DNA of 53,982 nt, from assembly GCA_027592745.1 (NCBI GenBank), contig JAQCLG010000003.1, positions 1-53,982 of the forward strand, given 5' to 3'. Below the pieces are notes generated by a model. It was not told where the DNA came from and searched no databases. It was given only the letters and a program-made list of their open reading frames with translations. Position 1 is the stretch's first letter; each line of letters opens with the position of its first letter. Of the stretch, positions 20,482-30,117 are shown piece by piece. This stretch comes from Pseudomonadota bacterium (GTDB lineage Bacteria; Pseudomonadota; Alphaproteobacteria; SP197). A program made the translations under genes and the position numbers.

Positions 20482-22694
20482 AGAGACTGCTGGGCTATTG
20501 CGACGAGATCCGTGTCCGCCCGGGCCAGACCATCAACTTCAAGGTCTCCAGCGAGGATGCCGGCAAGTTCCGCCTGGACATCGTGCACGTTCGCAGCGGC
20601 GACGACACGCCGTCGGGCCCCGGCCTGAAGGAACGCGTGGTCGATGCCGCGGTCAACGGCAGCTTCCCGGCGCGCTACCAGTGGACCCAGGTCGGCAGCT
20701 ACGTGGCGGTCGAGAATACCGCGCCCTTCGCCCTGCAGAGCTTCACGCTGCAGTGTTTCATCTGGCCGACCCTGCTGGAGAAGGAGGACCAGGTCCTGAT
20801 GGGCGCCTTCAACCGGGCCGACAAGGCGGGGTACGCCCTGGCGCTGGAAAACGGCCAGGTGGTGCTGCGGATCGGCGACGGCAAGAGCGTCGAGACCCTG
20901 GCCTCCGGCGCGGCGATGGACCAGCACCGCTGGTATTTCGTCGCGGCAAGCTTCGATGCCGAGAGCGGCAAGGCCCATGTCGTGCAGGAACCCCTGCTGC
21001 GCTACGCCGGCGATCGCGGCAAGGCGAGCGTGGAAGGCACCATGAAGCTGCGTCCGGGCGACGGCGGCCGTTTCCTGATCGCAGCCTGCAACGACCGGCG
21101 CGAGGGAAAGCTCATCGCCGCCGCCCATGCCAACGGCCGCATCGATGCCGTGACCGTGGCCAGCCGCGTGCTCTCGCGCGCCACGATGGAGCGCCTGAAG
21201 GGCCGCAGCGTGCCGCGCGACATCGCCAACGACGTCGTCGCCATGTGGGACTTCTCCAGGGAGATGGACGGGGTCGTGGCCCATGACGTCTCGGTCAACC
21301 GGCACCACGGCGCCATCGTCAACATGCCGACGCGCGCGACCAAGGGCTGGAACCACGACGGCAGCGAGATGGTCTGGACCCACAAGCCCGAGCACTATGG
21401 CGCGATCCATTTCCACGACGACGACGTCTATGACTGCGGCTGGGAGACCGACGCCTCCTGGACCCTGCCCGACGACATCGCAAGCGGCACCTACTGCGCC
21501 CGCCTGACCCAGGGCGACCAGTGGTTCTACATCCCCTTCTACATCCGCCCGCACACCGGCAAGCCCAAGGCGCGCCTGGCCCTGCTGATCGCCACGGCGA
21601 GCTACTACGCCTACGTCAACAACCACATGGGCGTGAGCTGGGGACCGCTGGGCGAACACTGCAGCAACGGCTTTGCCGTGCTCGACAATATCGATCTGCA
21701 CCTGCACATGCATCCCGAGCACGGCGTCTCGATGTACGACTTCCACAACGACGGCTCGGGTGTGGCCTATGCCTCGCGCCTGCGCCCGTTCCTGCACATG
21801 GGGCCGCGCGACAGCCTGTGGCAGTACAACGCCGACACGCACATCACCGACTGGCTGGAGGAGAAGGGCATCGCCTTCGACGTCATCGTCGACGAGGACA
21901 TGCACGAGGAAGGCGTCAGCCTGCTCGAGCACTACGACTGCGTCATGACGACGACCCATCCCGAGTACTACACGACCGAGATGATGCATGCCCTGCTGCA
22001 CTACCAGGACCGCGGTGGGCGTTTCATCTACATGGGCGGCAACGGCTTCTACTGGCGCGTCGCGTTCAATCCGAAGATGCCGGGCGCCATGGAGATGCGC
22101 CGCGCCGAGGACGGTATGCGGAGCTGGATCGCCGAGCCGGGCGAATACTACATGAGCTTCACCGGCGAACTGGGAGGCCTGTGGCGGCGCAACGGCATCG
22201 CGCCCGAGGCAATCTGCGGCACCGGCTTCTCGGCCCAGGGCTTCAATGCCGGGCGGCCCTATTACCGCATGCCCGACAGCGAGAACCCGCGTGCCGCCTG
22301 GATCTTCGACGGCATCGGGCGCGACGAGCCGATCGGGGATTTCGGCACCGTGTTCGGCGCCGCGGCGGGCAGCGAGATCGACAGCGTCGACTTCGAGATC
22401 GGCACGCCGCCCCACACCCTGGTGGTCGCCCATGCCGACGACTTCGGCGTCGACTTCCACTGGGTCAAGGAGGAGCACCAGCATGCCCACTCCGCGGTGA
22501 ACGGCGAGAACAACCCCCATGTCATCTGCGACATGGTGTTCTACGAGACCCCCAACGGCGGCGCGGTCTTCTCGACCAGCTCCATCGCCTTTGCCGGATC
22601 GCTCGCCCACAACAACTACGACAACAACGTCTGCCGCCTGCTGGAAAACGTGGTCACGCGCTTCTGCGACCCCGAGCCGATCCCGGCCCCCTGA
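20478..22694 (+). CDS. N,N-dimethylformamidase large subunit family, copy 3
   Basis: YGAIHFHDDDV, TASYYAY, SMYDFHNDGSGV, HPEY, YMGGNGFYW and GSEID; ATGA overlap with copy 2. Confidence 0.92.
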   Translation: MKRLLGYCDEIRVRPGQTINFKVSSEDAGKFRLDIVHVRSGDDTPSGPGLKERVVDAAVNGSFPARYQWTQVGSYVAVENTAPFALQSFTLQCFIWPTLLEKEDQVLMGAFNRADKAGYALALENGQVVLRIGDGKSVETLASGAAMDQHRWYFVAASFDAESGKAHVVQEPLLRYAGDRGKASVEGTMKLRPGDGGRFLIAACNDRREGKLIAAAHANGRIDAVTVASRVLSRATMERLKGRSVPRDIANDVVAMWDFSREMDGVVAHDVSVNRHHGAIVNMPTRATKGWNHDGSEMVWTHKPEHYGAIHFHDDDVYDCGWETDASWTLPDDIASGTYCARLTQGDQWFYIPFYIRPHTGKPKARLALLIATASYYAYVNNHMGVSWGPLGEHCSNGFAVLDNIDLHLHMHPEHGVSMYDFHNDGSGVAYASRLRPFLHMGPRDSLWQYNADTHITDWLEEKGIAFDVIVDEDMHEEGVSLLEHYDCVMTTTHPEYYTTEMMHALLHYQDRGGRFIYMGGNGFYWRVAFNPKMPGAMEMRRAEDGMRSWIAEPGEYYMSFTGELGGLWRRNGIAPEAICGTGFSAQGFNAGRPYYRMPDSENPRAAWIFDGIGRDEPIGDFGTVFGAAAGSEIDSVDFEIGTPPHTLVVAHADDFGVDFHWVKEEHQHAHSAVNGENNPHVICDMVFYETPNGGAVFSTSSIAFAGSLAHNNYDNNVCRLLENVVTRFCDPEPIPAP

Positions 22695-22727
22695 CGATCC
22701 CGCAGGCGGATCATCCCCGACCGCCGG

Positions 22728-22760
22728 ACGGGGCGTCGCGCAAGCGGCGCCCCGTTTGTC
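22728..22760 (+). terminator. Hairpin ending the DMFase operon
   Basis: ACGGGGCGTCGC-GCAA-GCGGCGCCCCGT followed by a short T tract. Confidence 0.6.
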
Positions 22761-22970
22761 CTGGCACGCCCTGGGCGCCGCGGAAGCCTGGTGGCTGCCA
22801 CAAGCGCAGCCCCGCTGGCAACCAAGTTTTTTGCCCAATGCATCAAATATAGTCGCGCCAACGAAGACGACCGCAGAGCGATACAAAAACCATGCGAATA
22901 TCGTTGAGTCCTTGAGATTCTTCAATATATCGCCTGCACATCATTGGGTGACTGCGCATTGCATCGACCA

Positions 22971-22992
22971 GGATCAATATTACAATTGATCC
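22971..22992. promoter_or_regulatory. Putative operator palindrome upstream of the Rieske gene
   Basis: Perfect GGATCAAT-N6-ATTGATCC in an AT-rich intergenic tract about 80 bp before the ATG. Confidence 0.5.
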
Positions 22993-23074
22993 AATCTATT
23001 GGTTCGTATTGTTTCATGACAGGTGACAAGTCGCCCTCTCCCGGAGCAGCTTCCTGGCTAAGGAGGACCATGCC

Positions 23075-24253
23075 ATGGCCGAACAGGATCCCAGACATGA
23101 CCTTCGGGCACGCCCCGGCGATAACGGGGAGCCGTGGACCACGCTTCCTGCGTGGGTCTACGACCATCAAGAACTTTACGAACTTGAGCTCGAAGAGATC
23201 TTTTACCCCGGCTGGCATATCGTGTGTCACGCCAGCGAAGTGCCGGATGCCGGCAGCTACATGACGTTCGATCTTGGTATCGAGCATTGCCTGGTCATAC
23301 GCGACCGCGACATGGAGCTGCGCGCCTTCCACAACGTCTGCCGCCATCGCGCCCATCCGCTGGTGAGCAGGCGGGAAGGCAAGTGCCGGGGCCGGCTGAC
23401 CTGTCCCTACCATGGCTGGACCTATGGCCTGGACGGCGCGCTGCGCATCGTGCCGGCCGACGAGAGCTTCCCCGACATGGACAAGGCCGACTAGGGCCTG
23501 GAGCCGGTCGAACTCGATACCCTGTTCGGCTTCGTCTTCGTGCGCTTCCGTCCGGGCGGGCCGGATCTGGCGGCCTGGGCGGGCATCGATCCGGCCCAGG
23601 TGGCGCCCTACAAGCTGGAGGACGTCCGACCGATCCGGAAGATCTGGGCCAAGCCCCTGGCGGCCGACTGGAAGAACGCGATGGACAACTACCAGGAGTC
23701 CTATCACGTCCCCGCCGGCCACCCCGGCCTGAACGACCTGGTCGATGCACCCGACAGCGACGATCTCAAGATCAGCACGACACGCTCGGCGCGCTGGAGC
23801 GTGGGTCATTACCAGAGCCTGCTGCCCGATTTCCCGCACCTGCCGCCGGAGCTGCAGCGCACCTGGCGCCTCCTGTCGATCCTGCCGAACATGGCGCTCG
23901 ACCTCTATCCCGACATGATGGATTTCTTCCAGATCCTGCCGGCCGGCCCGGGCAAGTGCATCATCCGCAGCGGCGCCTACGCCCTGCCCGACGAACGCCG
24001 CGAGGCCAGGGCCGCGCGCTGGCTCAACGAGCGGATCAACGCCCAGGTGCAGGAAGAGGACAACGACCTGACCCTGGCGGTGCAGCGCGGCCTGCGTTCG
24101 TCGAGCAACAGCGTCGGCGTGCTCTCGACCAAGGAAGTCTGGCTCAAGCAGTTCCAGGACCCGATCCGCGCCAAGGTGCCGGTGACGCGCCTGGAGGAGC
24201 CGCCCGATCCCGGCACCATGGCCACGCTCAACGCGCAGCTTGCTTCGCTTTAG
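23075..24253 (+). pseudogene. Rieske non-heme iron oxygenase alpha subunit (GbcA/Stc2/CntA-like) with in-frame TAG at 23492-23494
   Basis: NVCRHR and CPYHGW Rieske ligands, then DKAD*GLEPVELDTLFGFVFV continues in the same frame into DWK..DNYQESYHV..GHPGL and QEED iron ligands. Confidence 0.85.
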
Positions 24254-25176
24254 GTCGACTGAGGTTCGATGGGGTCACCGCTGAGCAGGCGCGACGGCCG
24301 GCCGTCGACGCCCACCGGCACTTCGCCGTTGAGCGTCACGCGGTAGAACTGCCGGTCGAAGTCGGTGGCGAAGATGTCGACCGGGGCAAGATGGGCGGTC
24401 GCCCGGTTGTCCCAGAAGGCAACGCTGCCCGGCGCCCAGCGGAAACGTACGGTGAATTCGCTCGAGACGGCGTGTTCCCAGAGCAGTTCGAGCAGCGCCT
24501 GCCCTTCCCGCGCCTCCATGCCGACGATCTCCTTCACGAAGGCAGGGCTGACGTAGAGCACCTTCTCGCCGCTCTCCGGGTGGACCGTCACCAGGGGGTG
24601 CTCCGCGGCAAGGTCCCTTGCGCCGACCTTGCGGGCGTAGTCCTCGTCCCTGGGGGCATCGAAGCGGTGGACGGCGCGCAGGCCCTCGACGAGCCGCTTC
24701 AGGGGCTCAGAGAGCCTGTCGTAGGCCAGCGCTAGGTTGGTCCATTGGGTGTCGCCGCCGTAGGGCGGCACCGTCTGCCCGCGCAGGATCGAGGCACAGG
24801 GCGGATTGATCGCGGCCGTGATGTCGGTATGCCAGCCGGTCCAGCAGCGCAACGCGGCGGCCCTGCCGTTTTGCGCCGTGCGGTGCTTGGCGATGGAATA
24901 GACCTCCGGATGGTCCTCGTCGGTGCCGAAGACGACATGGGCGGGGGTCGGCGCCCCGAACCGGCGGGCGAGGCGGACATGGCCCGCGTGGTCGAGGGCC
25001 TGGTCGCGGAAGAACACCACCTTCCAGCGCAGCAAGGCCGCACGGATCGCCGCGACCTGCGCCGCCGAGAGATCGCCCGCGAGGTCGACCCCGAACAGTT
25101 CGGCGCCGATGTGGACCGACATCGGGCGGATCTCGATGCCGTCGCCGGGCACGGTCGGGGTGGTCGTGGTCGTCAT
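24250..25176 (-). CDS. TauD/TfdA family 2-oxoglutarate-dependent dioxygenase
   Basis: KVVFFRDQ, GWHTD, PPYGGDTQW, HPLVTVHPESG and WDNRATAH. Confidence 0.93.
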   Translation of the reverse strand: MTTTTTPTVPGDGIEIRPMSVHIGAELFGVDLAGDLSAAQVAAIRAALLRWKVVFFRDQALDHAGHVRLARRFGAPTPAHVVFGTDEDHPEVYSIAKHRTAQNGRAAALRCWTGWHTDITAAINPPCASILRGQTVPPYGGDTQWTNLALAYDRLSEPLKRLVEGLRAVHRFDAPRDEDYARKVGARDLAAEHPLVTVHPESGEKVLYVSPAFVKEIVGMEAREGQALLELLWEHAVSSEFTVRFRWAPGSVAFWDNRATAHLAPVDIFATDFDRQFYRVTLNGEVPVGVDGRPSRLLSGDPIEPQST

Positions 25177-25195
25177 GGCCGCGTTCTCCGGGCGA

Positions 25196-25669
25196 TCAGT
25201 ACGGCTGTCCGTTCTTGTGCGTGAAGCGGAAATCGCCCTTGCCGTCGGGCTCCAGGTGGAGGTCGATGTCGGGGTAGTTGCAGTGATCCTCTGCCAAACG
25301 GCTGCCGACTTCCAGATAGACGGCATCGGCGCCGCTGCGGTTGACGAGATGGTGGCCGTCCTCCCGGCCCGCCGGGAAGGCCGCCGCCATGCCCGGCCCC
25401 AGGACCTGCTCGCCGGCCTCGGTCACCAGCACCAGTTCGCCCGAGACGATCCAGGCGAACTCGTCCTCATGGCTGTGCCAGTGGCGCTGGGCCGACCACT
25501 CTCCGGGCGCCAGGGTGACGAGGTTGACGCCGTATTGCGTCAGACCGCCGGCATCGCCCGGGGCGCGCTTGCGCCGCCCGTCGCAGGGTGCGTCGTAGGG
25601 CGCGGGATAGCCGTTGCCGACCCGCTCGGGCACGGTGGCGGGGTCGATGGCGGCAGGCCTGGCCTTCAT
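25196..25669 (-). CDS. Cupin domain protein
   Basis: GLTQYGVN, QRHWHSHEDEF, FPAG..DGHHLVN and YPDIDL. Confidence 0.9.
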   Translation of the reverse strand: MKARPAAIDPATVPERVGNGYPAPYDAPCDGRRKRAPGDAGGLTQYGVNLVTLAPGEWSAQRHWHSHEDEFAWIVSGELVLVTEAGEQVLGPGMAAAFPAGREDGHHLVNRSGADAVYLEVGSRLAEDHCNYPDIDLHLEPDGKGDFRFTHKNGQPY

Positions 25670-25683
25670 GGCTGCATCCTCCT

Positions 25684-26469
25684 TCAGCTTGCCTTCTGGT
25701 CGAGGTTGGTGCTGCCGGCTGCCATGCCGCCGTCGGCCAGGAGCGCCGCGCCCGTGATGTAGGTCGAACGCGGCGAGGCCAGGTAGAGAATGGCATCGGC
25801 CATTTCCTGGCGCCGCGCGACCCGGCCGAGCGGCGTGCCGGCCGACATCATGGCGTAACCCTTCTCGACCTCGCCGGCCATGCGCACCGCCAGGGCCTGC
25901 AGCATGTCGGTGTCGATGGCGCCGGGCAGCAGGGCATTGACTCGGATGGCGGGCGCGAACTCGATCGCCATCGCCTTGGTCATGGCCACGACGCCGCCCT
26001 TGGAGGCGCAGTAGATCGAGGCCCCGGCCGCACCCATCACGGCCCGCACCGAGGCGATGTTGACGACGGCGCCGCCGCGTTCGCGCAGCGCCGGCAGGGC
26101 GTATTTCGTGCAGAAGAAGGTGCCCTTGAGATTGGTGTCGACGACCCTGTCCCAGAGCGCTTCCTCGAGGTCGCCGACCGGGCCGCCACCGCCCGATCCG
26201 GCGTTGTTGACCAGGACGTCGAGCCCGCCGAGGCCTGCGACCGCCGCCTCGACCACCGCCCGGCAGCCGGCCGCACTGGCGGTATCGCCCGGCGCGGCAA
26301 CGAGCCGGTCGCCCGCACCCAGTTCCCCGATCGCACGGGCGACCGACTCGGGCGTGCGGCCGTTGACGGCGACGCTGGCGCCGGCCGCGAGGAAACCCTC
26401 CACCGCCGCGCGGCCGATGCCGCGGGTGCCGCCGGTGACCAGAACCCTGCGCTCGCTGAATTCCATCAT
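25684..26469 (-). CDS. Short-chain dehydrogenase/reductase
   Basis: TGGTRGIG, VNNAG, YCASK, RVNALLPG and ADGG; ATGA overlap with the upstream gene. Confidence 0.93.
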   Translation of the reverse strand: MMEFSERRVLVTGGTRGIGRAAVEGFLAAGASVAVNGRTPESVARAIGELGAGDRLVAAPGDTASAAGCRAVVEAAVAGLGGLDVLVNNAGSGGGGPVGDLEEALWDRVVDTNLKGTFFCTKYALPALRERGGAVVNIASVRAVMGAAGASIYCASKGGVVAMTKAMAIEFAPAIRVNALLPGAIDTDMLQALAVRMAGEVEKGYAMMSAGTPLGRVARRQEMADAILYLASPRSTYITGAALLADGGMAAGSTNLDQKAS

Positions 26470-28562
26470 GTCGTTCCTTGCTGCTGTCGGGCCGGCGGTG
26501 CCGGCATCATGTGTTCGCGCCGGTAGGGTACATCGGGGTTGTCGGGTTCGGCGGCATCGAGTTCGCGGGCGTAGGCGTGGCCGTCGTAGACCGCCGCGGC
26601 GATCGTCTGGGGCGACAGGCAGTCGCCGATCACGCCCAGCGACTTCATGCCGGCGGCTTCCATCAGGTCGGGGCGGCGGGCGAGCTGATGGTAGAGCTGG
26701 TCGTTGGAGACCCGCGCCGTCACCAGGACGACCGTGGCGGCCGCGGCCTGCTCGCGCTTGCCGGTGTAGATGCAGGCGAGTTCGACGTGGTCGGCCTCGA
26801 TCGCCGCCAGGTTCCGCTGCTGGCGGATCGCCACGCCCATCTCGAGCAGGCGTTTCTGGATGAAACCCTGTTCCAGGGTGAGCACCGTGAATTCCGAGAC
26901 CATGGCGGCAGGCGTCACCAGGGTGACCGCCAGCCCCTGGGCCGCGAGCTTCTCGGCCAGGACACCGGCCATGTAGCCGTGGTCGTCGTCGAAGATCAGC
27001 ACCGGGCCCTGCGTGACCCTGCCGGCCATGACGTCCTCGGGCCCCACGACATGGGAGCGCCCGGCGCCCTGGATCGTCTTGCTGTTGGCATGGCCGATGC
27101 CGTCGCGCCGCCAGGTCGCACCGGTCGCCAGCACGACATGGGGGGCGCCGAAACCCAGGACATCCCTGTCGCTCATGGCGCTTTCCATGAACATCGCGAC
27201 ATTGGCCATGCCGGCGATCTGGCCCAGGCGCCAGTCGCGCACCCGCGCCCATGCGGCAAGCCCCGGCAGGGCGGCTTCCTGCGTCACCCGGCCGCCGGGC
27301 TGGCGGGCACGGTCGGCCAGGGTGACGTCGTAGCCGCGGGCGCCCAGCGCCCTTGCGGCCTCCAGCCCGGCAGGACCGGCGCCGATCACCAGCACGCGGG
27401 CATCGCTGCCCCTGGCGGGCAGCTCCTCGGGATGCCAGCCCCTGCGCCATTCCTCGCCCATGGTCGGGTTCTGGGTGCAGCGCATGGGCACGAAGGTGTT
27501 GTTGCCCGAGATGCAGATGTTGCAGCCGATGCACTCGCGGATGTCCTCGATGCGGCCCTCCTCGATCTTCCTGGGCAGGAAGGGATCGGCGATCGAGGGG
27601 CGGGCGGCGCCGATGAAGTCGGCGATGCCGCTGCGGATCACCCGCACCATGGCATCGGGACTGGTGTAGCGTCCGACCACGACCACCGGCTTGCTGGTCA
27701 GCTTCTTGACGAAGGAGACCGCATCCTCCTGGTAACCTTCCTGGGCGAAACGGCTGGTCTTGCTGTCGTGTTCCCAGCCCGAGACGTTGACGTCCCAGAG
27801 GTCGGGCAGTTCGGCGAGCATCGCGACGACCTCGCGGCCCTCCTTCTGCCATTCCAGGCCGGCCTCGCCCATGCGTTCGTCGACGGCGAAACGCAGGGCG
27901 ACGGCCACCGTGTCGCCGACAGCGTCCTTCGTGTCCTCGATCAGCTCGCGGATCAGGCGGACGCGGTTTTCCAGGCGGCCGCCGTAGCTGTCGTTGCGCC
28001 GGTTGTAGCGGGGCAGCAGGAAGTGCATCGGCAGGGCGATGTTGTGGGCGGCGTAGACGTAGACAAGATCGGCCCCGGCCTGCTTCGCGCGGATCGCGGC
28101 GGCGCGGTGCCAGCGCCGCAGCTCGGCTATGTCGTGGAGGTCCATGGCGCGCGCCTGGGGGCGCATCGGGTACTTGTTGGGGGTGGCCGAGGGCGCCAGC
28201 GGAGCCATGCGGCTGGTCCGGTTCGAGCGCGAGAAACCGCCGTGGACCAGCTCGATGCCGAAGAGGCCGCCGTGTTCGTGGACCTTGTCGGCCGCGGCGG
28301 CGAAGGCCGGGATGTCGTCGTCGTCCCACAGCCGCATCGAGGATGCCGGCAGGGCATCCGAGCTGGGGTGGATCATGGTTTCCTCGGTGCAGACCACGGC
28401 CCAGCCGCCCTGCGCCTTCTGGCCGCGCATCTCCGCATGGGTCCGCGGCCAGTTGCTGCCCATGCCGGTGCAATGGGGCACCTGGAAGAAGCGGTTGCGT
28501 GCCGTCACGGGGCCGATCTTCACCGGCTCGAAGAGGATGTCGTATCGCGGATCGCGTGCCAC
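26466..28562 (-). CDS. Trimethylamine/dimethylamine/histamine dehydrogenase-family Fe-S flavoprotein
   Basis: MARDPRYDILFEPVKIGP, QVPHC (cysteinyl-FMN site), YVYAAH, AARPSIADP, CIGCNIC...C [4Fe-4S] and GAGPAG. Confidence 0.92.
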   Translation of the reverse strand: MARDPRYDILFEPVKIGPVTARNRFFQVPHCTGMGSNWPRTHAEMRGQKAQGGWAVVCTEETMIHPSSDALPASSMRLWDDDDIPAFAAAADKVHEHGGLFGIELVHGGFSRSNRTSRMAPLAPSATPNKYPMRPQARAMDLHDIAELRRWHRAAAIRAKQAGADLVYVYAAHNIALPMHFLLPRYNRRNDSYGGRLENRVRLIRELIEDTKDAVGDTVAVALRFAVDERMGEAGLEWQKEGREVVAMLAELPDLWDVNVSGWEHDSKTSRFAQEGYQEDAVSFVKKLTSKPVVVVGRYTSPDAMVRVIRSGIADFIGAARPSIADPFLPRKIEEGRIEDIRECIGCNICISGNNTFVPMRCTQNPTMGEEWRRGWHPEELPARGSDARVLVIGAGPAGLEAARALGARGYDVTLADRARQPGGRVTQEAALPGLAAWARVRDWRLGQIAGMANVAMFMESAMSDRDVLGFGAPHVVLATGATWRRDGIGHANSKTIQGAGRSHVVGPEDVMAGRVTQGPVLIFDDDHGYMAGVLAEKLAAQGLAVTLVTPAAMVSEFTVLTLEQGFIQKRLLEMGVAIRQQRNLAAIEADHVELACIYTGKREQAAAATVVLVTARVSNDQLYHQLARRPDLMEAAGMKSLGVIGDCLSPQTIAAAVYDGHAYARELDAAEPDNPDVPYRREHMMPAPPARQQQGTT

Positions 28563-28670
28563 AGGATGCCCCCGGTTGTCTGCCCCGAGCCTAGATCAGT
28601 TTGGCAGTCAGAGGTATCTCGCGCGCGCCCGCCCGCGGCCCTATCCTGCGACGTCACAGGGGGCCGCACG

Positions 28671-30089
28671 ATGACCGATACCGCAATCCGCTTCGCCAAC
28701 TACTGGCTGGAACAGGCGCTTGCCGAAGAGGGCGACAGCACGCTGCCCGCCCCGCCCCTGGAGGGCGATGCGAGCTGCGACATCGCCATCGTCGGCGGCG
28801 GCTACACCGGGCTGTGGACGGCCATCGAACTGAAGCGGCGCCGGCCGGGGCTCGACGTCCGCCTGATCGAGAAACACATCTGCGGCTGGGGTGCCAGCAG
28901 CCGCAACGCCGGCTACCTGCTCAACATGTGGGCCAAGTACCCGACCATGCGGCGCCTGTTCGGGGTCGAGCGCGCCCTGGCAGTGGGCCATGCCGCCGAC
29001 CTGGCGCTCGAGGAGGTGATCGCCTTCTGCGCCGAGAACGGCATCGACGCCGAGATCGCCCGCCGCGGCTGGCTGTGGGGCGCCACCCTGCCGCAGACCT
29101 TCGACGAGTGGCGGCCCATCGTCGATGCCCTGGCGCCCTACCAGGTGTCGCCGCTGCGCGAGATATCAGCCGAGGAGATCGCCGACCGCTGGGGCCTGAC
29201 CGGACTCCACGGCGGCGCCATCGACGAGAAGGCCGGCCACCTGCAGCCGGGCAAGCTGGTGCGCGGCCTGCGCCGGGTCGCCATCGAACGCGGCGTCACC
29301 GTCCACGAGAACACGCCCATGACCGGCCTGCATCGCGGCTCGCCGCCCTCGCTCTCGACGCCGGGCGGCACCCTCCGCGCCCGGCGCGTGGTGCTGGGCA
29401 TGTATGCCTGGGCCGCCCAGCTTCCCGAACTGAGGCGCAGCCTGGCGGTGACCGGCTATGCCAACGCGGTGACGGCACCGATGCCCGAGAGGCTGGAGAA
29501 GAGCGGCTTTGCCGATGGTCCGGCCTTCAACGACACGCGCAACATGATCAACTCGCTGCGTCCGACCGCGGGGCGCCGCGTGCTCTTCGGCAAGCCCGGC
29601 CGGGCCCTGGCCTGGGCCGGCAACACGGGCGAGGCCTTCGAACACGACACCGGCTGGCTGCTCGATGCCGAGCGGCGCCGGCGCGAGCTGGGCCATATCA
29701 TGCCCGACCTGGAAGCGGCCTATGCCTGGTCCGGCCCGATCGACCGCACCAAGGACGGCCTGCCCTTCTTCGGCCGGCTGCCCGGTGCGCGCGACATCCT
29801 CTATGCCACCGGCTTCTCGGGCGACGGCGTCGGCCCCTGCCGCATGGCGGGCAAGGCGATGGCCGCCATGGCGCTCGACGAGGACGGCGACTGGGCCGAC
29901 TTCGGCCTGGTGCGCCCGCCGATGCAGGACCTGCCGCCCGAACCGGTGCGCTGGATCGGCGTCCGGATGGTGCGCAGCGCGCTTGCCCGGACCGACGCGG
30001 CGATCCATGGCGGGCGCAAGCCGGGTCCCGTCACCCGCGGCCTGACCGGCCTGATGTCGGCAGGCATCGCCAGCCGCGGCGACGAGTAA
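28671..30089 (+). CDS. FAD-dependent oxidoreductase, DAO/PuuB-OrdL family
   Basis: IVGGGYTGLWTA, GASSRNAG, QPGKLVRGL, WSGPID and GFSGDGV. Confidence 0.9.
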   Translation: MTDTAIRFANYWLEQALAEEGDSTLPAPPLEGDASCDIAIVGGGYTGLWTAIELKRRRPGLDVRLIEKHICGWGASSRNAGYLLNMWAKYPTMRRLFGVERALAVGHAADLALEEVIAFCAENGIDAEIARRGWLWGATLPQTFDEWRPIVDALAPYQVSPLREISAEEIADRWGLTGLHGGAIDEKAGHLQPGKLVRGLRRVAIERGVTVHENTPMTGLHRGSPPSLSTPGGTLRARRVVLGMYAWAAQLPELRRSLAVTGYANAVTAPMPERLEKSGFADGPAFNDTRNMINSLRPTAGRRVLFGKPGRALAWAGNTGEAFEHDTGWLLDAERRRRELGHIMPDLEAAYAWSGPIDRTKDGLPFFGRLPGARDILYATGFSGDGVGPCRMAGKAMAAMALDEDGDWADFGLVRPPMQDLPPEPVRWIGVRMVRSALARTDAAIHGGRKPGPVTRGLTGLMSAGIASRGDE

Positions 30090-30117
30090 CCGGCGCGCCA
30101 CGGTCCTGGGAGAAACC

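Noticed and set aside
16014-22694. Tandem DMFase copies as a mis-assembly or recent duplication
   Set aside because: The proteins differ extensively outside the core motifs, which indicates old paralogs.
23492-23494. Pyrrolysine or genome-wide TAG recoding
   Set aside because: TAG ends several intact genes here at their expected C-termini (msrB, ALDH, PotA-like), and no pyl genes are visible.
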